A DNA stretch of 63,787 bases, counting the filler, from Peribolospora baueri (Eukaryota): the NCBI GenBank assembly GCA_029717555.1. It is 3 parts of 3 records of this genome, joined end to end, with 100 filler letters (N's around TTAATTAATTAA, not from the genome) between each part and the next. Parts side by side here need not be neighbours in the genome. Positions count along the whole stretch, not along the records: positions 22,037 to 43,882 come from JAMDHS010000155.1; positions 43,983 to 63,787 come from JAMDHS010000160.1; 1 more part is not named here. One strand, written 5' to 3'. Shown piece after piece: positions 36,761-47,590 of the stretch. The position numbers were made by a program, and so were the translations under genes. Each line of letters begins with the position of its first letter. The first letter of the stretch is position 1. The notes under the pieces were generated by a model. It had not been told where the DNA came from. It was given only the letters and a program-made list of their open reading frames with translations, and did not search any database.

Positions 36761-38714
36761 CCATTCTTCACGAACCCACCTTCCGCATCGACACCACGCC
36801 ACAGTGTCTCGCCTTTGCCATCTGTACCCTTGGAGAAGCCAGCAAGGGTCGATTGTGGTGGGCCGGCTTCGAAGTCTCGGGGCGAGCCCGCAAGCTTGCA
36901 GGTGGCTGTGGTGGTGGCGGTTGGAAGGCGGCCGATGGATCGCCAGACAAGACGGCCACCATCAAGCCTTTGGATGAGAATGCCAAGGAGGACGCGGACG
37001 AACCGGTGCGGGCGATCGTGCGAAGAGAAGTGAGTGGTTTTTTTCCCGTTACCGATCGAGTGCTGAGATACATCTCCGCCGGTCATCTTTGATTTTCTCA
37101 CCTTTCTTCCTCTTCCTATCCTTTCCGTCGCCCAATGGGCGCGTTCAGAAATCGGACATGCTCATCAAGTCGTTTGCCTGTCGATGCAAGAACATTGCCG
37201 ATCGGAGCGCCGTCGTCCAGGCCCTGCTTTTGTTCAATAGCAACAGCTTTTTGAGTCGCGACGAAGGCGAGCGAACCATGGCGGCCATCATGCATGGGAC
37301 GGTGGTCAATGTGGGTTTCAACCGAGTTCCGTTGCGGCCTCGATCGGTTTATTTCCGGTGACTCGACCTCTGACGTGCGTGCGTTTGTTTCAATAATTTC
37401 CCTATTTTCCAGATGGCCCGCCAAGCTCAATTTTTCAGCTTCACGGCCGATCACGTTCGCCCGGAGACGGCGTTTGGAGACCAGGAGATCGAGTCGACGG
37501 CCATTTTCACCTGCGCAGACGTGTACTATGCCGCTTCTTACCTTCCCACGCTGCTTTCTCAGGTCAGGGACGAAGAGGAGAAACGATGGCGCAGGTGGAT
37601 CGAACTGGAGAGTCGGCGACGCACGGCCCTCCTCATCTATGTGCTCGACACGGTCGCCAGTCTCGATACGAGCATACCCACCCTTTTGTCGCCAGAAGAA
37701 TTGGAGGCGATCCCCTTGCCGGCGCCTGACACCATCTGGAAGGCGGCAACAGCCAGAGAGTGGGCTGAGGCATTGCCTCGCCATCAGACCATGACACTTG
37801 GACAGGCCATGATTTTCGCCTTCAGCACCGATCCCACAAAGCGTGATTCCTTATCGCCAGACGGGTCAGCCTCATCGCCGGCCGTCCCGCTGGACGAGTT
37901 CGGTTGCGAATGTGGGCCGTTCGCCAGGCTCGTCGTCGTCATCACGCTGCTTCGTGGCATCCTCGACCTCATCGAGGCGCGCGCTTCGGGCGTCGGGCGC
38001 ACGTCCGTCGTGGAAAAGTGGATTCACGCGGCGCGCTTCAACGAAACGAAGACGGCAGAAGTGGACGCTGCTAGCTTGCTTTACCCCTCGGACCCGATTT
38101 GCTACCGGTATAGGAAGGCTCTCGACCGGTGGCGCGCCAGTTGGGACTTTGACCCGCTCTGTCACGACGCCTCCGAGGCGCCCGTGCGTTCCGACCCCGC
38201 ATCTTGCTGCAGCTCGTCTTCGTACTCTTCTCCGGAGCAGACAAGTGCCGCCGCCACCGATGCCAAATCGCCCAAGAGCGCTTCCGGAGGGGACGGCAAT
38301 ACGAACTTGAAAGACGGGTCTCCATCCGCTGGCGTATCGAGCGCCGATGGAAATGCGAATGCGAACGGCACCGACAGAAAGCGGCGGAGCAAGGTCGGCC
38401 CCACGTTCACCGCGTCAGGAGCCATTCCGATCGCCTACGACGCCCTCCCGTTCTGGTGGACCGCGTCGACGATGCTCAACGTTGCCTCTCCGCAAGGGCT
38501 CTCTGCACAACAACGAAACGCCCCCTTGGCCTCCATCTTGTCGCCTTCTTCACTAGGTGGGCCCGCCCTCCCCCTGAACGCCAGCCTCAACTTTAATCGG
38601 AATTTCAACTTCAACAGCGCAGGATGGCTCGCGCCTGGCGTCAACGTGCCCGACTTGAGGGACATGCTCCGGCTCGCCAAAGAGTTTGTCCGCTCCGGAG
38701 AGGGCACCCTTTGA
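36755..38714 (+). pseudogene. Fungal-specific transcription factor (Fungal_trans domain), 5'-truncated with no DNA-binding domain
   Basis: LPILHEPTF..., QALLL, WRRWIELESRRRTALLIYVLD and LPAPDTIWKAATAREW. Two GT-AG introns. Homology starts at the LINE junction. Confidence 0.75.
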
Positions 38715-39695
38715 AGAGGCCATTAGCCATTTCGCCCCTTTTATCCCCGTCGTCTGACATACTTTTTTCTGCAATGATGCGACCGAACGTGCCATCCGTT
38801 CGCAGCGGCACCGTGTCGGACCATCGTGGTATAAATTGGTCGTGAGGACAGTGCACATCATCCAATCCCCCTCCCCCGGTCGTATGTAGGACTTTGCCAT
38901 ACGTTGTTTTCGTTAATTCCTTGCTCCGACTTGTCCTTTTTTTGTCCCTCTATCGCGCCCGGACGTCGACGACGCCCCGCCCGATCTTCGCTACGCTTCT
39001 TTCCCTTCCCTCTTATCGTCCTGCGTGCTTTGCCTCATCTGTCGTCACGAGCGTTTGCTATCGTGCCCCCTCTCCCCTCTCTCCTCTCTCCTCTTCACTT
39101 TTTCCACTGTGCTCTAGCTCTCTCGTCCCGTCCTGTCCTGTCCCGTCCGCTATTTCCCCGTGCCCATCGCGCTCATCCGTCTCTCCCTCCCTCCCTCCGT
39201 CCCCTTCTCTCTCTCTCTCCTACGTCTTTCATGTACTCTATTCCTAACGTGAATTAAGGCAAAGGTCAAATCCGTCGTCCGTCGTCCGTCAGACCGACGG
39301 ATCGGTTTGTGCGGCCCCAACCAAGCCACGGACGGCTTCTGCTCTGCTCGTCAATCGATCATGACGATGGACGGACGGACTTTGTGAGCGCGTGATTTTT
39401 TTGGCAGGGCAAATCCCGTCGTCGTCCTTGGACCCTTTTGCTCCTTCGTCGAACATCGGAAGTGACGAAAAGAGAGAGGGTGCAGGGGTTGAGAAGCGGC
39501 TTTTTGGCAGGCAGAACAAAAATCTCCATTTCATCAAATGGGGAACAAAGGGAGAAGGAGAGGACGAGACGAACAAAGGCTCGGCGGGGGAAACTTTGTT
39601 CCTTCTTTTCCAGCGGCGCGGTGCGCTCCGGCGATATTTAAATACAGGATGGGCGAGCCAGAGAAAAAAAATCCTATACGGCCCCCAGGTTCCGC

Positions 39696-41349
39696 TCAGA
39701 CGGCCAGCGAGCTCTTCACATGATCGTTGTACCTTCCTCCAATGACGGTCATCTTGTTCAAAATCTCTCTGATCTCCTTGTCGTCCTCGTCCGAAAGCTG
39801 AACGTGAGCCGCCTGAACGTTCTCGGTCGTCCGCTGAGCGTTGGTAGAGCCGGGGATGGGGATAATGTGCGGACCCTGTCGAAGGAGCCAGGCGAGACAG
39901 ACTTGCACGGGAGTGGGTTTAGGCGTCGCGGTCGACCTCGAGGCGAACTCGTGGATCGCGTCCACCAGTTTGAGGTTTTGCGCAAAGTTCTGCGGTTCCG
40001 CACCATCGCAAAAGAAAACGAAGAAAGAGAGACGGAACGGACGGTTTCGTCAGATTTCGGTGCGGAAAACGAAAAAAAAGGATCGAAACAAAGAATAACT
40101 AACCTCGGGCTTGAATCGGTCAAGGAGGACCCTGCGCAAGTCGTTTTCATCGAGGTCGTCGACGGACTTGTACTTGCCGGTCAAAAAGCCGTGTCCCAAG
40201 GGGCTGTAGGCGATGATAGGGATACCCAGCTCTTTGCACGTATCGAGGCTGTGTAGGAGCCCGTGGTCGAAGAGGCGGGGGGAAGAAGGCCGCTGTAAGT
40301 TTAACCTCGTCGCGTGTCGATAAAGAAGCACATACGATTCGGACGGGTCAGACAACTCACACTCCGTTCGTCTCGATATCCGTGCTCCATGGGCTGTACT
40401 CGGCCTCCACGGCGGCGACAGGGAACACTTTGTTGGCCCTTCGGATGGTCTCAGCGGAGACTTCGGAGAGGCCGATGTGGTTAAACTTGCCCTCCTTGAC
40501 CAGCTGGGCCATGTTCTGCATCGCCTCTTCGATGGATCGCGTCTGCGAATATCGCGCGGCGTTTGAAGGATTCGCAGGGAAGGAAGCAATGAGCTCCGAA
40601 GCTCAAAAGAGAATGGGGCGAACGTCGGACAGGAACGCGAGTCACTGTGACTTACTTGATCGACCCTGGCCATCTCGAACAGATCCATCTTCTTCTTGCC
40701 GCCGAGGTGCTTGTTGATGTTGTCGGCCGAGCGGCGCAAGTTCTCGAGCGTAGCGGTCGGAGGGGTCCTGACACCACCTTCCAAGAAACCGCCCTTGACG
40801 GAGATGAAAATCTTGTCGATATATTCCGGGTACTAGATCAATAGTAAAATATCGGCACAGGAAGGAGGAGTGAGACCACGCGACGGTCGGACGGATGGCC
40901 AATAATGAGGAGGAGCTGGGCGTTTGCCCGCACTTCCTCATACGAACAAATCCGTTGCCCGTCCACACATACCTTATCAAAGAACCGACCGATCAACTGG
41001 AGGTTGGCCTCATTGTTGGGAGGGAAGCCGTAATACTCGCCGGTGTTCCAGAAGGTAGCGCCAGCATCAGCGGCGGCTTTCAAGTTCTCAAAGGCCTGGA
41101 GGAGGAGACGAGAAAGAAAAGCACGGTCAGTGAGTGGTAAACCCGGCGCTAATGCGATGTGGGGGCAGAGGCCACAAAGGCGGAAAATAGACCCAAAAAG
41201 GTAGTGGCATTGGCAAGACGCACTTTATCGTCAGGCGTGATTGTGGGAGTGATCCAGGTCATCATCATGGCACCGAATCCCACTGCGCCGACGTTGATGC
41301 CCTTGGCGGTACCGCCGAGGGAGCGGGTAGGGATCTTGGGAATGGACAT
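39696..41349 (-). CDS. Aldo-keto reductase, pyridoxal-reductase-like, multi-exon
   Basis: [48 protein letters not shown] and IIPIPGST. Confidence 0.9.
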
Positions 41350-42116
41350 GGCTGGCGTGTGCGGGCGGTTATGGGGTTAAACGAGATTCGAGCTGGTTGT
41401 GGTTGGCCAATCTAGGAGATGTCGGGCGGGCAGATGTCTCCTTATTTATACGTGTTTACGGACGGTTAGTTTCCGACTCTGCGTCATCCGTATCTATGTC
41501 TAAGTCAAAGGAGGGCGACCACCGTCTGCTCTGGCTCTGTCCTTCTTGGTACTGGCACTGGCATCACTACTCCCACCATCGTCGTCACTATAGCCTTAGC
41601 CTCCACTCCACCTCCACCTCGCCCTGCCCCGGACCCGGCACAGAACGGCGGCCGCGTCAGCTTCGGCAGGGATTTATGCCTCGCCTCCATGTGAAGGCGG
41701 TTTGAAACAGCGGTCGATCTAATCATCACATGGTCTGTCTAGCTTGGCAAAGGAGGGCTCGTGCATGTCGGAGGTGTTCTTTTCTCGCCACTTTCAGTCA
41801 TGGGCCGTGACTGCATCGTCGTCGTCCTCGCCCGAAACCCAACATCGGAAAAGACCAGGGCGAACGAAGAGGAACGAGTCTAAAAGCCTCAATCGGCGGA
41901 ATTACATCAATCGGCTTCGACGCGCTTACGTCACTGCGGCACGCCGGCACACCCCGGCCCAAGGTTTGTGCTACTTCTACAACAGGCAGGTACCTGCCTC
42001 GGTACGAGAAATGACAAACATAACTTACGTCGTCGCGTTCAAACACTAATAGAGGGGACCGTAAGAGACCATGCGAATGCGAAAGCGAATGTGAATGCGA
42101 AGGGCACTGTACACCC

Positions 42117-43463
42117 TCACAACCCCACCTCTTCCCACCTCTTCCAACCTCCCCCTTGCACCCCTCGTCCGTCCTTCGGCGCTGTCGCCCTAAGCAAAAT
42201 CCTCTCCCTCCCTTCACCCCCAAAGAACCCTTGCGATCCCCAGCTCTTCAGGTCTGAGGCGGAGAAAGGCCCGTACACCTGCACTTCCGGGTCCACCGGA
42301 TGGCCCGTCTGTGCGGCTTGGGCGGCGAGGTAGCTGGGAGCCCATTTGTACTCGAATTGCCGCTCGTCAGCGTCCGATGAGGTCGCTCCTACGATGTCGG
42401 CGGCGCCGTTCACCTCCATCGGTTCTGATCGTCCCCGCTCTCTTTCGTCCTCATCAGCCGGCCTGGGATCCCACGTCTCCGGCACCTCTCCTGATCGCCT
42501 GATGGACCGCACGAGCCCCTCAAATGTCTCGTCGTAAATGTTCATAAGGCCGTGATCGGACATGAGGCCGGACGTAAGATCGGTTAGCGTGTCGAGGGCG
42601 ACCAGAGAGGGATGTCGCGGGGCTGCAGACGATGGAGAGGCGGCCTCTGTCTCGGGCGGCGGAGGGACACAGTCGACGACCATGGCGTCGCTCGAGACGG
42701 CAGCGTCGGTGCCGCACTTCGTCTTGGCTTGTGCACCTTTTCCCTTGCCCCGCGCGCCTTTCTTCGACGCCTGCTCTTTCTCTCCTTCTGAGCCTCAGCA
42801 CCGACGCGCTGAAGCGCCTCCTGGACCGTCTCCCCGCGGTGCATCAATCGGACCAGCTTCATCTTCTTTTGCGCCTCGTTGAGCAACCCTCCTGTCCTCT
42901 CTTCCTTCTCCCTCCTCTCCTTCTCTGCCCTCTCCTCCCTAGGCTTGGCGGCCTCCTTGGCCTGACGGATGCTCTGTCGGCTATAGTTGCCCTTGAGCCA
43001 CTCATCGTGCTGATCGTGCGGGTCCTTGGCGTTAGCGATGTAGTTGCCCTCCGTATCAAACCTGCCTGCGGACATTTCTGGAAGAGGCGAGCGATTTGGA
43101 GCTCGATTTCGAGGATGAGTCGGAGCATTCGGACGTCGACCTCGAAGCTGAGCCGGAGGAAGCGAACGAGGGAGAGGACGAAGAAGGATCGAAGCAGAAC
43201 CAGCGGCGGAAAAAGCGCAAGCAGGGTATGGGCTTTAAGCTGGACGCCTTCAATATGAAAGCAGAGTCATCCTCCCCCGGGGCTGTCTCCTTGCCCTTGT
43301 CGTATCGTCGCTCGGAGGATGCGCCGAATTCCTGGCCTTCGATCTCGCCCATCTCCAGGAATCTCGGCTCTTTGCCCTTGCCCTTGCCCTTGCCCTTCTT
43401 ACCACCCAGGTCCTCCTTTTCGCTGTCTGATCCTCCCTCCTTGATGTCAAACATGTCATCACC
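42117..43463 (-). pseudogene. LIN1: LIN1/CD2BP2 (U5-52K) GYF-domain gene, 5'-truncated, frameshifted and internally inverted
   Basis: DDMFD..RFLEMGEIEGQEFG, GRFDTEGNYI..DEWL, GETVQEALQR and GYF-like YGPFSASDLKSWGSQGFFG. Frameshift near 42780. The segment 43077-43265 reads on the + strand. Confidence 0.85.
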
Positions 43464-43464
43464 A

Positions 43465-43725
43465 CGCGGAGCGCACCCCACTGATCACCGCCGCCCGTCA
43501 GGCCCTGGACGAAGCGGGTTTGACGCGTGTCCCCATCATTGCAGGGTGTGGAACGGGTTCGACGCGCGAGTCCATCGAGCTCTGCTGCGAGGCCGCTCAG
43601 GCCGGTGCAGACTATGCCATCGTCATTGCTCCGCCCTATTACGGCGCCTTGCTTGGCAAGCCTTCCAGCAGACAGGCGCTCAAGAGGTACTTTTCCGACA
43701 TTGCAGGCGCGAGCCCCATCCCGTA
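43465..43725 (+). pseudogene. DHDPS/N-acetylneuraminate-lyase-family aldolase, internal exon fragment
   Basis: LITAARQALDEAGLTRVPIIAGCGTGSTRESIELCCEAAQAGADYAIVIAPPYY...YFSDIAGASPIP followed by a GTAAGT donor. Confidence 0.85.
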
Positions 43726-43779
43726 AGTATGGTGCACGGCCCGTGTAAAGATAGAATCACGCGTTCCCTTTCCCTCATA

Positions 43780-43882
43780 TAGGGTTAGGGTTAGGGTTAG
43801 GGTTAGGGTTAGGGTTAGGGTTAGGGTTAGGGTTAGGGTTAGGGTTAGGGTTAGGGTTAGGGTTAGGGTTAGGGTTAGGGTT
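43780..43882 (+). repeat. Telomere, (TTAGGG)n, about 17 units
   Basis: Perfect array at the scaffold end with the G-rich strand pointing outward. Confidence 0.97.
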
Positions 43883-43982
43883 NNNNNNNNNNNNNNNNNN
43901 NNNNNNNNNNNNNNNNNNNNNNNNNNTTAATTAATTAANNNNNNNNNNNNNNNNNNNNNNNNNNNNNNNNNNNNNNNNNNNN
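43883..43982. other. Artificial scaffold-joining linker
   Basis: 44 N + TTAATTAATTAA + 44 N. Confidence 0.97.
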
Positions 43983-44519
43983 ACCTTGATCTCGATCTAT
44001 TTGCACGTGCGTTCACCGCCGTCGCCGGTTTCTCCCCGCATACTGCCTGCCGCCAGGATTTTTTCTATCCTTCGCCGTCGATTAGCACGCCCGAGTTCCG
44101 GGGCAGTACGCTGTTGTTCAGACCTAACGGGGACGAGGCACGAAGAGCGGGAAACGGACGAGCGGAGAAGCGGATAGTGGAACCAGGGCGAGGGCCAAAA
44201 TGAGAGTGCCAAGCGCAGAGAGGACGATGCGGGCGGAGAAGAGAGGAGACACGCTGGGCAAGGACTTTGGTGGTTAAGGTGGTTAAATAGACGAGACCAA
44301 GTGAGGTGCAAAGAAGGGAGCGCGAAGGTCGCGTCGACGGCGCATCATGTAATCCAGCGTAATCTCTGTCCGAGCTATCTCCGGATTACGCACGCCGATC
44401 GGATGTTCGGAACGACCGTCTTCGGCCATGCTATCCTTCAATCCATGTCGATCGCGACCACTCGTTTGTCGGCTCGTCAGCCTCGCGACGGCCTTCGAAG
44501 CTCGTCCAGACGGCACAAG

Positions 44520-47021
44520 ATGGGCCTGAACATTGCGTGAGCATCTTTCCTCAACCATCTAGTCTGGCTGCCGGGGTCGCCGACGGACCGGCCTAGGGGA
44601 AAGGTCCTCGGCGACGCTTCGTGATTCATCGCAACTCTGTCTTCTGCTTTTGCTGAACTTGCAGGATGGTGTCCGACTTCTTCTTCCCGAATGTGGGAGG
44701 AGTGGAGTCGCACATATTCATGTTGAGCCAGAGGCTTATTGAAAGGGGCCATAAGGTGCGTTCTCTATCTGCTCGGTCGACGCAGTTCCCTCAGAACCCC
44801 CCTGTGCAGACGACAGAGATGACAGCTGAACATATCCGGCCATTCCGTTTCTACCATGCAGGTCATAGTCGTCACTCATGCTTACGCTCCGGACCGCGCC
44901 GGCGTACGGTACCTGACGAACGGCCTCAAAGTGTACTATCTGCCATTAGGCGTCCTGACGAATCAGGCCACCTTGCCGCAATTCTTCTCCTTTCTGCCTT
45001 ATTTTCGCTCCATCTTCGTGCGCGAACGGGTCGACATTGTCCATGGACACCAGGCTCTGTCTTCCATGTGTCATGAGGCCATACTTCATGCGAGAACCAT
45101 GGGAATCAAGGCTGTCTTCACGGACCACTCGCTCTTCGGCTTTGCGGACGCTGCGAGTATCTTGACCAACAAGCTCCTCAAGTTCTGTCTGAGCGATGTG
45201 GACAGGGTGATCTGTGTCAGTCATACCGGGTAAGCTGGTCTAAAATTTTGACTTGGTCGCTGGTTGCTTACTGATGCTGATGGGCTTGATTCTTTCCCCA
45301 TCGGACCACAGAAAGGAAAATACCACCCTTCGAGCAGGTCTCGATCCACGCATCGTTTCGGTGATACCCAACGCAGTGGTAGCGTCTCGATTCCAGCCTG
45401 ACCCGGAGCGAGCAAAGACGTCTGATGGTGATCAAAGCGAAAGCTATAGGTTTTCCTGGCTCTGTGAACATTCCGACTCCCTGGACTAACGTGCCCGCTG
45501 TCGTTCCGGCCCGTTTGTGCCCCAGGCTCCATAAACATCGTAGTGCTTTGTCGACTAGTGTATCGGAAAGGGATCGATCTCCTTATCGCGGCGATACCAA
45601 GGGTGTGCGCCGCACATCCTGAGGTCCGTTTTCTAGTCGGTGAGTTGTCATATCTTCCAAGGTTGAACGGAAGGGACCATCCTCTAATTGCTTTTATTTT
45701 TCTCGCCCCATGTCAAATCCTCCTATCTACTTTTTTTTCTGCTGTCAGGTGGAGACGGACCGAAGGTGATCGAGCTGGAGCAGATGCGCGAGAAGTACAT
45801 GATGCAAGACCGGGTCGAGTTGGTAGGATCGGTGAAGCAAGCGGACGTGCGGGATGTGTGTGTTCCTCGTGCCTGTGCCATCGGTGGACGCCGCGAGGTG
45901 TTCTGTTCCTTGCTCGTCGTGCTTACTCGTTGCCGCAAGCTCACCTGTGGTTTGTCTTTCTCTTTCTTCTGCCCTTCAGCACCTAACTCGAGGGCACATC
46001 TTCCTCAACACCTCTCTTACCGAGGCTTTTTGCATCGGCATGATCGAGGCAGCCTCAACTGGCCTGCTGGTTGTTAGCACGCGTGTCGGGGGCGTGCCTG
46101 AGGTATTGCCTGGCGAGATGGCTATATTAGCTGAGCCAGAGGAGGATTGTGAGTCGTTCAGTCTATTCCAATGTGGTGCACATATGGCTTGATTTGGCTC
46201 GCTCAGGCTCGCCTCTGTTTTGCTTCCCATTTCACTTTCCCTGTCTGTGTCTGCTCACCAATCTTGCCGTTTCCTTTCGATTCTCGTTTGCTCTTCACCC
46301 ACCTTCCGCGTCCATCTGACAAGCCATCGTTCAAGCCGTTTCCCACGCCATTGCCGACATTCGTTCAGGCTCGCATGACCCTGTGGCCTCGCATGAGCGT
46401 CTCAAGCGCATGTACTCGTGGGAGGACGTGGCAGAGCGGACGGAGAGGGTGTACGGCGACGCGATGAGGGAGCCGATGCCGGACTTCTTGGAAAGACTTG
46501 CCAGGTAAGCGAGGAAGGTCAAGCTGGAACGGGACGTGCCATCGTCGCCCACCAGAGATCATCAGAGTCTTGCTGTTCTCTTATTTAGCTTGCGGCTGAC
46601 CCGGGTCTTCTCATGTCTCCTCGACTCACATCGGCTTTCTCTTTCCCGCCCTTCCTCTGCCTCATGTTCAAGGTACGATACGGGCGGGCCTATTGCAGGC
46701 AAGATTTTCTGCATAATCGTGGCGGTGGACTTTCTCTTCTACCTCTTTCTGGAATGGTTGCTACCTCGCGAAAGCATGGACATCGCCCCTTTTGTGGATG
46801 GGAGCAAGGTGAAAGAGGTGAGTAGCGAATTACTGTTCGTCCTAGGCTCGATTCCGGAACGACACCAAGTTCATTTGGGGCCGGCTTTCTTCTTTTGATC
46901 ATCCGGTGCTGACTACATGTGTCCCGTGTCGCGGATTCACCCATTCCTCGTTCACTATCAGCTCATAGCAGGCGACGAAGCGTACAGGAGACGCAGCGGG
47001 CGAGTTGCCACTGGATGCTGA
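44520..47021 (+). CDS. GPI3: GPI-GlcNAc transferase catalytic subunit (PIG-A/Spt14), multi-exon
   Basis: [73 protein letters not shown] and [13 protein letters not shown], plus a C-terminal TM segment. Confidence 0.96.
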
Positions 47022-47590
47022 TGTTAACGCCAATGTAAATTATAATAACGATACATTGAGATGAAGAGACGATCACACCCTCCGTTCCCCTTTTCCGCCG
47101 TTCCGCGCGTGGCCGTTTCGCCATCAGGACCAGATGGCGTACTGCATGAGCGCAGTGCTTAACGACAAAACCCGTGCCAACATGGGAGGAAAAAGGGGGT
47201 GCGCAGTCCTCGAAGGGCTAACTATTCCGCCCCGGAAATTGTACAGCGGTGTACCTTGCAAACGATTGCATTGCCCAAGTGCGTGCGGTCATCCATCCAT
47301 CCACCAACGTCCCCGACAAGAGAGGTCAAGCAGAACGATGCGGAGAAGCAACGAACATGAGACAGGACGAGGGACAGAAACGACAAAGCGGGAAAGAGGA
47401 AGAGATATATGTACAAGGAAGGGCTGACTTGGTAGCTTGGTCAACATTTGCTGGACCCAACGATCAGAACCTTGAGGAAGACAGAGAACGAAGAGACAGG
47501 ACGAGTACGGGACGAAAGGGAACTACAAAAGAACGACAGCGCGAAGGCGGCCGAATAGCAAGGCCGGAGACAGCTTGGCTCGGATCGAGC

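Noticed and set aside
35470..37101. 543-aa ORF as a genuine single gene
   Set aside because: It is a composite of TF antisense, LINE fragment and shifted-frame PAC3 sequence.
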